A program made the position numbers and the translations under genes. Of a DNA stretch of 64,000 nt, positions 38,548 to 48,016 are shown one piece after another (within the stretch, counting starts at the first letter, position 1; every line of letters starts with the position of its first letter). Source of the DNA: Desulfatiglandales bacterium (GTDB lineage Bacteria > Desulfobacterota > DSM-4660 > Desulfatiglandales > Desulfatiglandaceae); the NCBI GenBank assembly GCA_963662465.1, contig OY759599.1, positions 96,001 to 160,000 of the forward strand, written 5' to 3'. Under the pieces are notes generated by a model. That model made no database searches. It was not told the DNA's origin and saw nothing but the letters and a program-made list of their open reading frames with translations.

Positions 38548-38655
38548 ATGGTCCTCAAGCCTCAAGATATCTTGGTTTTATTAAAGCTAATCTCTGTCGG
38601 GAAAAGAAACTGGTCTTACAACATCTTGTTAGGCGTGTGCCAGGCTGCGTCATGA
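38548..38655 (+). pseudogene. N-terminal remnant of an HTH protein, cut at the first cassette core site
   Basis: MVLKPQDILVLLKLISVGKRNWSYNIL with AGGAG RBS; sequence switches at GTTAGGC (38628). Confidence 0.6.
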
Positions 38656-38676
38656 TAGACTGATCCAAAGGCAACT

Positions 38677-39660
38677 ATGAGACTTGAAGCAGATATAGGT
38701 GGCCGTTACGAAGTGCTCTGCAATGAGACGGGCTACTTCGGCGGAAATGTCATACGTATTGGGGAGCCGAAGGTATGCCGTTTTTGCGGCGAGACAGACA
38801 CCACACTTTTCAAGAAGAAAGCACATACGTTTCCGGAGTCAATCGGAAACAAGTGGGTCTTCTCTCTCGACGAGTGCGATCGGTGCAACTTGCTGTTCGG
38901 AGACTACGAGGATGCTTTGGCAACATGCGTTAGGCCCTTCCTCACCCTCGGCGGAGTCAGAGGAAAGAAAGGAGTCCCTCAGCTCGGCCGGTCTAAGGGC
39001 CAGTCCTCAATCAAGCACATTTTTGAACAAGGAAAGCGAGGTCTTTCCCTGGCGGCGCAAGTTGAAGATCTCGACTCCGTGTTTCGCCCTGGTAGATCCG
39101 CTGGTGTCATTGAGGCTGATTTTATAGTCCCCCCGGCACGCTTCAGGCCTCGCCTAGCATACAAGGCGCTGGTGAAGATGGGTATCGCGCTTCTGCCTCG
39201 AGAGGAGCTGGGGAACTACTCGAAGCTAAGGACATGGCTGCAAACGAAGAACGATGAAGTCGACTTTCCCTCACTGGACGTACTGATGTCGTTCGTTTCA
39301 GTCGGAAACTCGCCAGACATGGTGTCCGGCACCCTCCTGCGACGGCTCGATCCGATAGACGTGGTGCCACACATTCTCTTTTTCCTCACCGCCGGATCTG
39401 TCTGCTTTCAGATCGACTTGCTTGCTGATGAATTGGACTCTCATATCCCTCACGTGGATCCTTGCCACGTAAAGATCCGTTGGACTTCAGTGCTTTTAGG
39501 CGAAAGTGATGACCCTCCCATCAAGCTGCGGTATTCAGATCCAACTTGCCTTGATTGGTCTGCCGCTGACCTTGCGGATCCTCCCGTTGAGAAGTTGAAG
39601 TTCGAATTCAACGTAGCGACGACCCACGCTCAGTGGACTCCCATCATGCGAGAGTCTTAG
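38677..39660 (+). CDS. HNH endonuclease-domain protein (cassette 1)
   Basis: CRFCG..AHTFPESIGN..ECDRCN. Confidence 0.8.
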   Translation: MRLEADIGGRYEVLCNETGYFGGNVIRIGEPKVCRFCGETDTTLFKKKAHTFPESIGNKWVFSLDECDRCNLLFGDYEDALATCVRPFLTLGGVRGKKGVPQLGRSKGQSSIKHIFEQGKRGLSLAAQVEDLDSVFRPGRSAGVIEADFIVPPARFRPRLAYKALVKMGIALLPREELGNYSKLRTWLQTKNDEVDFPSLDVLMSFVSVGNSPDMVSGTLLRRLDPIDVVPHILFFLTAGSVCFQIDLLADELDSHIPHVDPCHVKIRWTSVLLGESDDPPIKLRYSDPTCLDWSAADLADPPVEKLKFEFNVATTHAQWTPIMRES

Positions 39661-39679
39661 TTGAGCCGCGTGTCCATTC

Positions 39680-39748
39680 GCCTAACATCGGGCTGGACGA
39701 GGATGCGCTGGAAAACCGCCCGCCCACCTGTCAGCCCGGCCGTTCGGC
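39680..39748 (+). other. attC site 1 (69 bp)
   Basis: R'' GCCTAAC, 5 nt, L'' GCTGGACG with extra G, L' TGTCAGC, 6 nt, R' GTTCGGC. Confidence 0.88.
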
Positions 39749-39775
39749 TGCAGCACAAAGGAGGTTCAATGCACT

Positions 39776-40954
39776 ATGGACCCAGTAACAAAGGACATTC
39801 TATCCCAGCTCGACAATCTCTTGGCAGCCAGTAATCAATCGTGGCTGTTCGGTGCAGGAATCAGCCTTGATGCAGGGATTCCTCTGATGTGGCCGCTTAC
39901 TGAGCGAGTATTCACGAGGGCAAAAGACGATGGAGAACCGAGTGACATCAAAGTTCTCGAGTTTGTAAAGAGCCAGCTTTCTGACGATTCGCATATTGAG
40001 CACATCTTGAGTCAGCTCGGCGATCACCGCGCGATTGCCGACCGCTCAAAGGACAAGAATGTCGCGTTCGACGCCATTTCTCTCTCGGTGGATGACCTTG
40101 ATGGTCTTCACCAAAGGATTCTGACATGGATTGCTGAGACAATTCGATGGGGATACAAACCTGCTCAACCTGTGGGGATTCCTGAGGAAATTGGGACGTA
40201 TGAGAACCGTATTGTCGTTATCGACAACCATTCAGCATTCGTTTATGCCCTCTTCAATCGAAGCCAAGCAGGAATCGCAGAACGACGGAGAGCAGTCCGG
40301 CTATTTACCACCAACTACGATACCCTCCTTGAAGATGCTCTTGCACTTGGAGGCTTCTCGTGCTGGGATGGGTTCTCTGGCGGCGCGGTCGCGTATCGTA
40401 GCCATCGTTACGGCGACGAAGAGCCAAATCTCAGAGATCGTGCGCATGTAATCAAGCTTCACGGGTCGATCGACTGGCACTTAGGAGAAGATGACCGAGT
40501 CTGGCGAGTCCGCGACGGGGATCTCTATCCTAAGAAAGTTTCTCGGGTTCTAATCTACCCACAAGCCACAAAATACCTTGCGACTCAAAGGGATCCATTT
40601 GCGGCCCAATTTGATCTATTCCGGCGTTCACTTGGGGCACGGGAGGAGAATGTTCTCGCAACATGTGGATACAGCTTTGGGGACGAGCATATCAACCAGG
40701 AGATTGAACTGACGCTACAACGCCCGGAGAACAAAGCAACGGTTCTCGCCTTTGCTCAGAAGCTCAATCCGACTCTCGAAAGGTGGAGGACCGGTCCGTG
40801 GGGTAAACGTGTCTATGTCATTTCAGCGGATGGCTTGTATGTAGGTGCAGACGGACCTCAAGCGCCTCCGACTGCTGGAGCAAAACGAGATTGGTGGACG
40901 TTTTCTGGCGTGACCAAAATGCTAAACTGTGGAGCGGAGGCGTGTGCGCTATGA
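39776..40954 (+). CDS. SIR2-like protein (Sir2-HerA defence pair)
   Basis: LFGAGIS, FTTNYDTLLE, KLHGSIDW, GYSFGDEHIN. Confidence 0.92.
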   Translation: MDPVTKDILSQLDNLLAASNQSWLFGAGISLDAGIPLMWPLTERVFTRAKDDGEPSDIKVLEFVKSQLSDDSHIEHILSQLGDHRAIADRSKDKNVAFDAISLSVDDLDGLHQRILTWIAETIRWGYKPAQPVGIPEEIGTYENRIVVIDNHSAFVYALFNRSQAGIAERRRAVRLFTTNYDTLLEDALALGGFSCWDGFSGGAVAYRSHRYGDEEPNLRDRAHVIKLHGSIDWHLGEDDRVWRVRDGDLYPKKVSRVLIYPQATKYLATQRDPFAAQFDLFRRSLGAREENVLATCGYSFGDEHINQEIELTLQRPENKATVLAFAQKLNPTLERWRTGPWGKRVYVISADGLYVGADGPQAPPTAGAKRDWWTFSGVTKMLNCGAEACAL

Positions 40955-42837
40955 ATACGTTTGAGCTTATTTCGGACCTGAAGATTGGGCACATCGTTGA
41001 GGTGTCCGGAACTACCATTCGGGTAGAGTTATCAGGAGATGTCACGGAGCTCACCCGAACCTATGAGGGGAGAGTTTATCCCATCGGACAGATCGGTAGC
41101 ATCGTAAAAGTCCATTTTGGAAGACGCTTGGTCTTCGGTTTCGTGACGCTGCTAAGAATGAGGTCTGAGGAGCTTCTTGAGATTACAGAGCCCATTCCAC
41201 CCGATGCCGATCAGCGGCTCATGGAAGTCGAATTGTTTGCGGAAGGTATCTGGAACGCAGCAGACCAAAAACTCCGGTTCGTTCGAGGTGTGACGACCTA
41301 TCCGCTTCCCCGTCAAAGCGTGCATCTGCTCACTCGCGAGGAGACTACCCATATATACTCAGCGGCTGAGGGGCAGCAGAATGACGGCGAATATAGCCCG
41401 CTCGTTCCATTCGCTCATTACGTTGGAGCAGACAATGCCTTATGTCGGGCAAACGTAGATAAAATGCTGGGCATGCATTGCGCGGTTCTAGGTTCAACGG
41501 GTTCAGGAAAGTCTGGTGCGGTTGCTGCTTTGCTTCATAGCATGCTGGATCACACCCCTGAACCGGCCGCAGTCTGTCACCCGAGAATCCTCATCATTGA
41601 TCCTCATGGGGAATACGGCCACGCGTTCAAGGAACGTGCGATCGTTTATCGTGCTTACGACCCACTTGGAAACGAAGAGACGACCGGCTCTCCGATAAGC
41701 CTCCCCTATTGGCTCATGTCGGCGGACGAGATCAGGACCTTAGTGATTGGAAAAACTGAACAGGAAGCTACATCACAGAACAACATCATCTACAAGGCCA
41801 TCACCTATGCCCGAATGGTTGCCGCTGACCTTGTTGAGCCTTCCCCGACCGCACATGGCGGAGCGGCCCCTACCGATGGCTTAGACCATGATGCACCACG
41901 GCCAAAGGCAGGAGTTACGTTCGAACAGCTGATTGAGTTCGATCACGACAAGCCGCGACCGTTCAGCCTCCAGGAGTTTTACAACCACATTTTCTATTTG
42001 CAGGCAGCGCGCGTGCAGGGAGGCGCGCTTCAGAGCGTTACGGCTTCTGAATTCGCCTCAAAATTCAAATCCATCTTGGACAAGCTCTCAGTCTTGAGGC
42101 GTGATCCACGGATCCGTTTCATGATGCGGGAATGGAATGATCAGAGCCCTTCACTTGAGCATATTATCGCCCAGTTGGTCGGACAGATCCAAGGTGAGGG
42201 AGGCGTAGATCAAGACATTCGTATTTTGGATATTTCTGGTCTTCCAAATGAAGTGGCCGGTCCACTTGCTGCCATGTTGGCTCGTCTGTTGTTTCAGTAT
42301 AAGGTTTACCAGACAACGGAGGAAAGACGACGCGATCCAGTCGTCTTCGTGTGTGAAGAAGCTCACCGATATGTCCCCGACAGAGGCGAGGCCGAGTATG
42401 CAGCGGCTCAAACCGCAATCCGAAGGATAGCTCGTGAAGGGCGGAAATACGGTATTGGCCTCATGCTCGTGAGTCAGCGCCCCGCCGATATAGAGAGCAC
42501 TGTGATTTCGCAATGTGGCACATGGCTCGTCCTGCGGCTTACAAACGCAGCGGATCAACAGCACGTTTCTCGTTTCTTGCCAGATGGATTGTCAGGCATG
42601 ACGAAAGCACTGCCTAATCTCGCTCAGCAGGAGGCAATCTTCGTTGGCGAAGGCGCTGCGATGCCCGCTCGAGTTCGAATTCGAGATCTCGAAGATGACC
42701 AATTGCCGAAATCGGAGACGGCAAAATTCGCAAAGGGTTGGACCCTTGATCGGCTTACCGAAGCGGAGATTGCAGCAGTCGCTAACCGAATGGCCGGAGA
42801 AGTAATGCACACCCCAGGAGGACAAGAAAGCGTCTAA
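40951..42837 (+). CDS. herA: HerA-family ATPase (Sir2-HerA defence pair)
   Basis: HAS-barrel-like N-terminus, HCAVLGSTGSGKS, DPHGEY, EEAHRY, IAREGRKYG..SQRP; ATGA overlap with sir2. Confidence 0.92.
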   Translation: MNTFELISDLKIGHIVEVSGTTIRVELSGDVTELTRTYEGRVYPIGQIGSIVKVHFGRRLVFGFVTLLRMRSEELLEITEPIPPDADQRLMEVELFAEGIWNAADQKLRFVRGVTTYPLPRQSVHLLTREETTHIYSAAEGQQNDGEYSPLVPFAHYVGADNALCRANVDKMLGMHCAVLGSTGSGKSGAVAALLHSMLDHTPEPAAVCHPRILIIDPHGEYGHAFKERAIVYRAYDPLGNEETTGSPISLPYWLMSADEIRTLVIGKTEQEATSQNNIIYKAITYARMVAADLVEPSPTAHGGAAPTDGLDHDAPRPKAGVTFEQLIEFDHDKPRPFSLQEFYNHIFYLQAARVQGGALQSVTASEFASKFKSILDKLSVLRRDPRIRFMMREWNDQSPSLEHIIAQLVGQIQGEGGVDQDIRILDISGLPNEVAGPLAAMLARLLFQYKVYQTTEERRRDPVVFVCEEAHRYVPDRGEAEYAAAQTAIRRIAREGRKYGIGLMLVSQRPADIESTVISQCGTWLVLRLTNAADQQHVSRFLPDGLSGMTKALPNLAQQEAIFVGEGAAMPARVRIRDLEDDQLPKSETAKFAKGWTLDRLTEAEIAAVANRMAGEVMHTPGGQESV

Positions 42838-42884
42838 ACCATTTGATCTGAGTGCCCTTCGAGTTGGGTGGGAATCAGAGATGG

Positions 42885-42940
42885 GCCGAACGAATAAGGA
42901 CAGAGTGTGCGAAGCCACAATCTTATCCGTTTGGTTGGAC
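42885..42940 (+). other. attC site 2 (degenerate L boxes)
   Basis: R'' GCCGAAC complementary to GTTCGGC at the cassette start; imperfect stem; ends GTTGGAC. Confidence 0.65.
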
Positions 42941-43285
42941 AAGTCCAAAATCGGCACATAACTTGCAATTATCAAATATCTTTTTGAGGGCGATTATTGT
43001 AAAAACAACCTGGTATATGAAGCGGTTAGATGGGATTTGTAGGACTGTACGAATTTATCCATTGCGCTTAATTCTATACTGTTTTTGGATAAATTGCAAA
43101 TTCTTCTTAATGATTTTCATTATGCACTCTGGCTCATGTGCAGATACTGTGTGAGTGGCATTTTGCCATCCCGCTTTCAGCGAGAAGCCTGGAAAGCACC
43201 AAGGGAACGGTGGACGAGGGCGTTCCCAAAAGGACGTTTTTTCAAACTGAGAATTGTTGTTTTTCTTCTGCCGCGTAGCGGCTTC

Positions 43286-43345
43286 GTCCAACAATTTGCT
43301 GCACGGGAGCGCAAAAAGCCGCGCCCTGTGAGCAACACGTTCAAC
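43286..43345 (+). other. attC site 3 (60 bp)
   Basis: R'' GTCCAAC, 5 nt, L'' GCTGCACG, L' TGTGAGC, 5 nt, R' GTTCAAC. Confidence 0.85.
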
Positions 43346-43890
43346 AATTATTATCCTATTCATAAACCGGTATCGTGTCCGATAAATTGTTGATACAGAA
43401 TCTAAGCATGAGTGGTGTTAATTCCTTTTTATCTCCGATCTAGCGAATACTGATGTATGAGCTCATTTATCAAAATGATGGCACGGGGCTCTTTTAGTTC
43501 CTCATGTGCCCACAAACCCATTTCTATCGCAAAGCATGTGACAACGGTTTCTTTGACATCGAATTTTGTGATATCTGAACAGGGCTATATCAATTCCCCG
43601 TGGAAGGAAAAGCGGAAAGTTTAAATGAAAAACATTGGCTTCACGGATCCAGATTGGAGTTGTTTGCTGAGGGATTATTAGGAATCTTGACTGTGAAGTT
43701 ATTCGAAAAATCCTTTCCTGGAAGCTGATATATTCTGTGGCGAGCAGGAAACCTGAGCGCAGCGCACGGACTTTCGGGAGATTGTCCAACAGAACCCTGT
43801 GCCGTTCTTCAAAAACACAAGGATATTGACTCCGGTTGAAAGGTTCTCTTACGTAATTCCTGCAAAAAAATGGGGATCACTGTTCCACAG

Positions 43891-44163
43891 TCACGCACAT
43901 TGCACAAATTCAATGGCATCATCGATCAGCTTGATCGTCTCTTTGTCTGAATCCTCGTTTTCAGAAAACCACCTCCTGTAATCGTTTAGAGCGTCAAGGA
44001 TAATCCCTGCATGATCTGAGATAGAATTGTTATCCGCGGCATTCCTTTTTGCCTTCTCGCAATCGACGGTGTTGCCCAGAGGTTCAGTCATCCTGTGCTG
44101 GACAAGGTCAAATCCTGCGTTTTTGCCTTCGACTGCTTTTTGTTCTTTTCTGAGTTCTGTCAT
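43891..44163 (-). CDS. Hypothetical protein
   Basis: ORF with GGAGG RBS. Confidence 0.45.
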   Translation of the reverse strand: MTELRKEQKAVEGKNAGFDLVQHRMTEPLGNTVDCEKAKRNAADNNSISDHAGIILDALNDYRRWFSENEDSDKETIKLIDDAIEFVQCA

Positions 44164-44245
44164 ATATATCAACCTCCAGGGACAATTCCCTTTTTGAGTA
44201 AGGGGAATTTTGCCCCTCAAGTGAGGTCTCGGCTTTTGCGCGGCC

Positions 44246-44614
44246 TTATCTCAGTTCTTCAATCGGCCCAATATCCACCGGCTCTTCCTGGATGGCAATG
44301 TTTGTGGCCTCTGCTCCTTCAGGTCCTTCTGCGACCTCCACCTTGAACAGGTTTACTGTCTGGCCGCGCTTGTTGGTTGTTTTTCCTCCAAAAGTTATCC
44401 TCACCTTTTGGCCTATCTTAACATATTTCATCCTGTCGTCTAAAACCGCAGTGCCCCAGACAAAAAACATACCGGCCTTTGTCTCGAGATAGTATCTGGC
44501 GCTTAAGCCCGATATTTCATCTTTAGGTTCTCTACTGACGAGCACTCCTGTTATCTGCTCATTTTCTTTTTCAGGTTTCCAAACGCCTGGTTCTATGGTC
44601 TTCCATTCATCCAT
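44246..44614 (-). CDS. Putative OB-fold ssDNA-binding protein
   Basis: Beta-rich core (VWKPE..ITGVL..FFVWGTAVL..GQKVRITF.GK..FKVEV) with acidic tail. Confidence 0.55.
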   Translation of the reverse strand: MDEWKTIEPGVWKPEKENEQITGVLVSREPKDEISGLSARYYLETKAGMFFVWGTAVLDDRMKYVKIGQKVRITFGGKTTNKRGQTVNLFKVEVAEGPEGAEATNIAIQEEPVDIGPIEELR

Positions 44615-44744
44615 TTTTTTCACCTCTAATTCTGTCAACCGAGGAATTTCTCCTCTATGGGCCAGCGAAAACAGTCAGATTTATTAAATCTTTCCTTTGC
44701 GAGACCCTGCATAATGACATGGCGCGGGAACCGGACGGATGGGA

Positions 44745-45905
44745 TTACATGGTTTTACGTTCGAGTTTAAGGAGCCCTTTCTCTGTTTTTATGAGACCGG
44801 TGATTTTCCTTTCCAGGTCTCTAATATCTTGTATCATCCCGGAAAGATCCTTCAAAAGGACCCGGGCCTTTGCAAGATAAGGCGTTGATTCATAGGGATA
44901 ACCCGCCTGCATCTTTTCCATGGCGGCTTCGAGAAAACGGTTGAAGGCTTGCAGGTGCTGTTCCAGCCGCGATTCGGTTCCCATTACCCTTTGTTCAAGG
45001 TTGATTTTTTCTTCCTCCCGTGAAATTTCCGCTTGAAGCACATACCGCTCTTTTCCAGAAAGCTTGGTCAACCGGTCTTTGAGCTCTTTCAATTGGTTCA
45101 TGTCTAATGTTTCCAAACGCCTGAACACTTCTTTGAGATGTACAAGTTCATTTTTGAACAGGGTTTCTTTGCTGGAAATTGTTTTCAGGGTTCGAACGAT
45201 TGTTTCACGGGCCTCTCTGGGAAGACTGTTTCTATTATTTTCCACGGCTTTTTGGATCTCTCCCAATTCCGAGGCAATGTCATCCACCGTGTGAAGCTGT
45301 ATTTCAGTTGATTTTCCGGCTTCCTTAAAAACCATTTTTTTCTCCCGATCTTCGACGTCAATTTCTTGTTCTACCTTCGCTCTGAAGGGATTTGTAATGT
45401 TGCGAACGGTCAATCCGCGAGGCCTGTGGAATTGGAAGATTTTGTAAAGGCTTACAATAAAGAGGATGAGGAGTCCCAGATTGACCAACCCGAGATTACG
45501 CTCGCCGAGGTTGTAATATACTTCCGGGAATTTGAACCATGACAGGATATAGAAAAGAATATAGGTCAGGTGAAATGCTTTTGCCGCAGCCATGCCAAAG
45601 CCCCTGCACAGACCGAAGGGTACAGTGGCCGCCATAAAAACCAGCAAGATGGTTCCCAGCATTCCCCAGCCTTCGAAGATGTTGGCGATACGCTCCCGCA
45701 TCATGAAAACGCCCACCGTGAGCATGAGCCCCACAGAGATGATCAGAGGCCTGACGTAGGGTTTTGTGAAATGCTTTCTGAGGGTAATGCCGGCAATGGA
45801 TATGAAAAAGACCAACAGGACGGTGAAATAGATCCATTCGGTATACCTGGCGAGGATCTCACTGGGTTTGAGGATGTCCAGCGGGAAAAGCGTGGGGGAA
45901 GGCAT
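44745..45905 (-). CDS. Membrane protein with about 5 TM helices and a long coiled coil
   Basis: Hydrophobic N-terminal half, heptad-rich C-terminal half. Confidence 0.7.
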   Translation of the reverse strand: MPSPTLFPLDILKPSEILARYTEWIYFTVLLVFFISIAGITLRKHFTKPYVRPLIISVGLMLTVGVFMMRERIANIFEGWGMLGTILLVFMAATVPFGLCRGFGMAAAKAFHLTYILFYILSWFKFPEVYYNLGERNLGLVNLGLLILFIVSLYKIFQFHRPRGLTVRNITNPFRAKVEQEIDVEDREKKMVFKEAGKSTEIQLHTVDDIASELGEIQKAVENNRNSLPREARETIVRTLKTISSKETLFKNELVHLKEVFRRLETLDMNQLKELKDRLTKLSGKERYVLQAEISREEEKINLEQRVMGTESRLEQHLQAFNRFLEAAMEKMQAGYPYESTPYLAKARVLLKDLSGMIQDIRDLERKITGLIKTEKGLLKLERKTM

Positions 45906-45993
45906 AGTTGGAGGGATGTGTGGCCGGATTTAAATATTTTGCGGTGTTCTGATGGAAATAAGGCCCGTGTCTATCGTGGGTTTGGTGGCAATA

Positions 45994-46425
45994 TCAGTGG
46001 ACTTGTTGCTGTAGGATCTCGACTAACGCCTCCGAGGAATCTGCAATTCTGCTGCAAGAACACTCAATCATCGCGTTGACTATCGAGTTTTCAGTCTCCC
46101 CGGCGTTTCTGAAATCGGTCCTGATCCCAATGATGGGCAGCTTATTTAAGTGTTTACAATAGAAATACCCGATTTCCCAAGCCGTACCATCATCGACCTG
46201 TGGACCGTCCAGGACACAGACAAGGACATCCACCTCATCGAGGTACGACCTGCATATTTCAAATATCTTTTGTTTCCCCTGGGAATTCGCTTCGTCATGC
46301 GGGATGAGATCGTAAGGCCAAATGACGGTTATGTCCTTTGAGATTTCTTCAAGTTTTCTCTTAATACCGGCAAGCCAGGCCCGTTCGCATTCAGAGAATA
46401 AAGGTCCTGCAAGATATATTTTCAT
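45994..46425 (-). CDS. Nucleoside 2-deoxyribosyltransferase family protein
   Basis: KIYLAGPLFS, DGPQVDDGTAWEIGY, RTDFR, NAMI. Confidence 0.88.
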   Translation of the reverse strand: MKIYLAGPLFSECERAWLAGIKRKLEEISKDITVIWPYDLIPHDEANSQGKQKIFEICRSYLDEVDVLVCVLDGPQVDDGTAWEIGYFYCKHLNKLPIIGIRTDFRNAGETENSIVNAMIECSCSRIADSSEALVEILQQQVH

Positions 46426-46640
46426 TTGGAGCACGCTCCTTTTTGAAAAGCCTTTTCCAGAAAAATTCCGTGACCCAAAAAATTTATCAAATAGATAAAT
46501 ATAGATGCCGATGCAAGAATCACCACGAGAAAGATTGCATAGGCCGTCAGCAGTATTGTCAGGATAACCTTATCAGGATGTCTAAGTGATCACTTTCGGT
46601 AAAGAGTGAATTCATCGGCGATTTTTTTGGGTCTCTTATA

Positions 46641-46783
46641 ATATTGATGGTCCCGTAAAAAGTCCCCAAGCCCGCCACCCTCGCGAAAGCGGGGGTCCAT
46701 AAGCCCCTGACTTTCCTGGATTCCCGCTTTCGCGGGAATGACTAAAACGGACGATTTTTGACTTTTTACGACTGCATCAATAT
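46641..46783. mobile_element. MITE-like palindromic element
   Basis: Imperfect TIR atattgatggtcccgtaaaaagtc / gactttttacgactgcatcaatat; internal ATTCCC-N8-GGGAAT hairpin; supplies the stop codon of the PIN-like gene. Confidence 0.75.
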
Positions 46784-47148
46784 CCAACCATTTTCGGCCG
46801 CCGAATTCTCAGCTTTCCGGGCGTTGCCACACCGATACAACCTGCCAACCTCTCCAGCATACCTGATTTCAAAACTTCCTGAATCAATTGTTTCATTTGG
46901 GGGATTCCTTCACCCTCAGGTCTCAGGAGTAATACGCCGTAATGGGTTCCCGGTGGGTGTTTTCGAATATTAGCAAATCCTTTATCACCCGTAATAAGGA
47001 AGCGTTCTTCCTTTTGAGCGATTTCCCAGAGTTGCGGATCCAGAGCTCCAGAAATTCCTTCTTCCAGGACGGATGCTGTATCCGGAAAAACCTCGCGCAC
47101 AAGCTCGACAACGGCTTTGGGCAAATCTTCGTCTATTTTTATCTTCAT
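46777..47148 (-). CDS. DUF5615 PIN-like toxin
   Basis: MKIKIDEDLP..LITGDKGF..G.LLLR. Confidence 0.85.
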   Translation of the reverse strand: MKIKIDEDLPKAVVELVREVFPDTASVLEEGISGALDPQLWEIAQKEERFLITGDKGFANIRKHPPGTHYGVLLLRPEGEGIPQMKQLIQEVLKSGMLERLAGCIGVATPGKLRIRRPKMVGY

Positions 47149-47150
47149 CG

Positions 47151-47387
47151 TTAACTGGCCATGGCATAGACGGATTCCTGAGACACCGATTCAGAAGCGT
47201 ACATTAAAGCCGCTGAAACATCATCGTTAGTGAGTTGAGGATATTCTTTCAATACATCCTCCCTATTCAATCCCTGAGCCAGGCTTCCAACAATCACACT
47301 GACGGGAATGCGGGTTCCCTTGATACAAGGCTCCCCCCCTCTGAGATCAGGATGAGAAATGATCTTTTCCAAAAAAACCTGTTTCAT
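47151..47387 (-). CDS. DUF433 antitoxin
   Basis: GGEPCIKGTRIPVS..EYPQLT.DDV.AALMYA. Confidence 0.9.
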   Translation of the reverse strand: MKQVFLEKIISHPDLRGGEPCIKGTRIPVSVIVGSLAQGLNREDVLKEYPQLTNDDVSAALMYASESVSQESVYAMAS

Positions 47388-47765
47388 AACGTCCCCTCCA
47401 AAATTTCATTTATGCTCACGCAAAGTCTTTATACGTCCATGGCAAAAATGCTTTGGCCACTTTTTCAATCAACGCATAAACGCGATCAATATTCTCAGAA
47501 GTTCTATGAATTCGTCCAGTTCCATACTCTGGCACGATTACTTTGAAAACCGTACCGGTCCCCATAGATTCTGAGCAAGGCAATAATGTCAAGAAGCCAA
47601 CCTCTCAAGGGATATTTCAAGCAAGATTAGAAATCAAGGAAAAAACTTAATCGACTTACTGGCGCAGACTTATTTGCAGTAAAATCTTTTGATTCAGTAC
47701 CAATCTCTCATCTGAGCATCGAGCATTTTGATGCTGATTGCGGGAATTTGAGGTACGTGGGAAGA

Positions 47766-48013
47766 TTTCCTGTGGAAACGGATTTTAGCATTTGTGGTAT
47801 GCTTTTTCAACTTTTCCGGTTATCACCAATCAGGGACGACGTTTATAAACATCATCACCATTATATATATTTTACAATATTGTAAATAAATATATATATA
47901 ATAACATTACTTTTTTACCTGCTGAAGTTCCACAGGACATTTACCCCTCCAGCTCGGTTGCCACTTTGAAATGGTCATTAACATTTAAATACTGCCTCTG
48001 TTTCATGTGGAAG
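47766..48013. promoter_or_regulatory. Putative archaeal-type replication origin: ORB-like boxes around an AT-rich core
   Basis: TTTCCTGTGGAAAC (47766-47779); AT-rich 47861-47917; GTTCCACAGGACA (47927-47939); box with G-string on the minus strand (47943-47971); GTTTCATGTGGAAG (48000-48013). Confidence 0.6.
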
Positions 48014-48016
48014 TAG

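Larger units (their letters stand above)
38628..43345 (+). mobile_element. Integron gene-cassette array without an integrase in the window (CALIN-like), three cassettes
   Basis: Core and inverse-core pairs: GTTAGGC/GCCTAAC, GTTCGGC/GCCGAAC, GTTGGAC/GTCCAAC. Confidence 0.8.

Noticed and set aside
43784..43840. A fourth attC starting at GTCCAAC 43784
   Set aside because: Weak stem, wrong box spacing, and not complementary to the preceding GTTCAAC core
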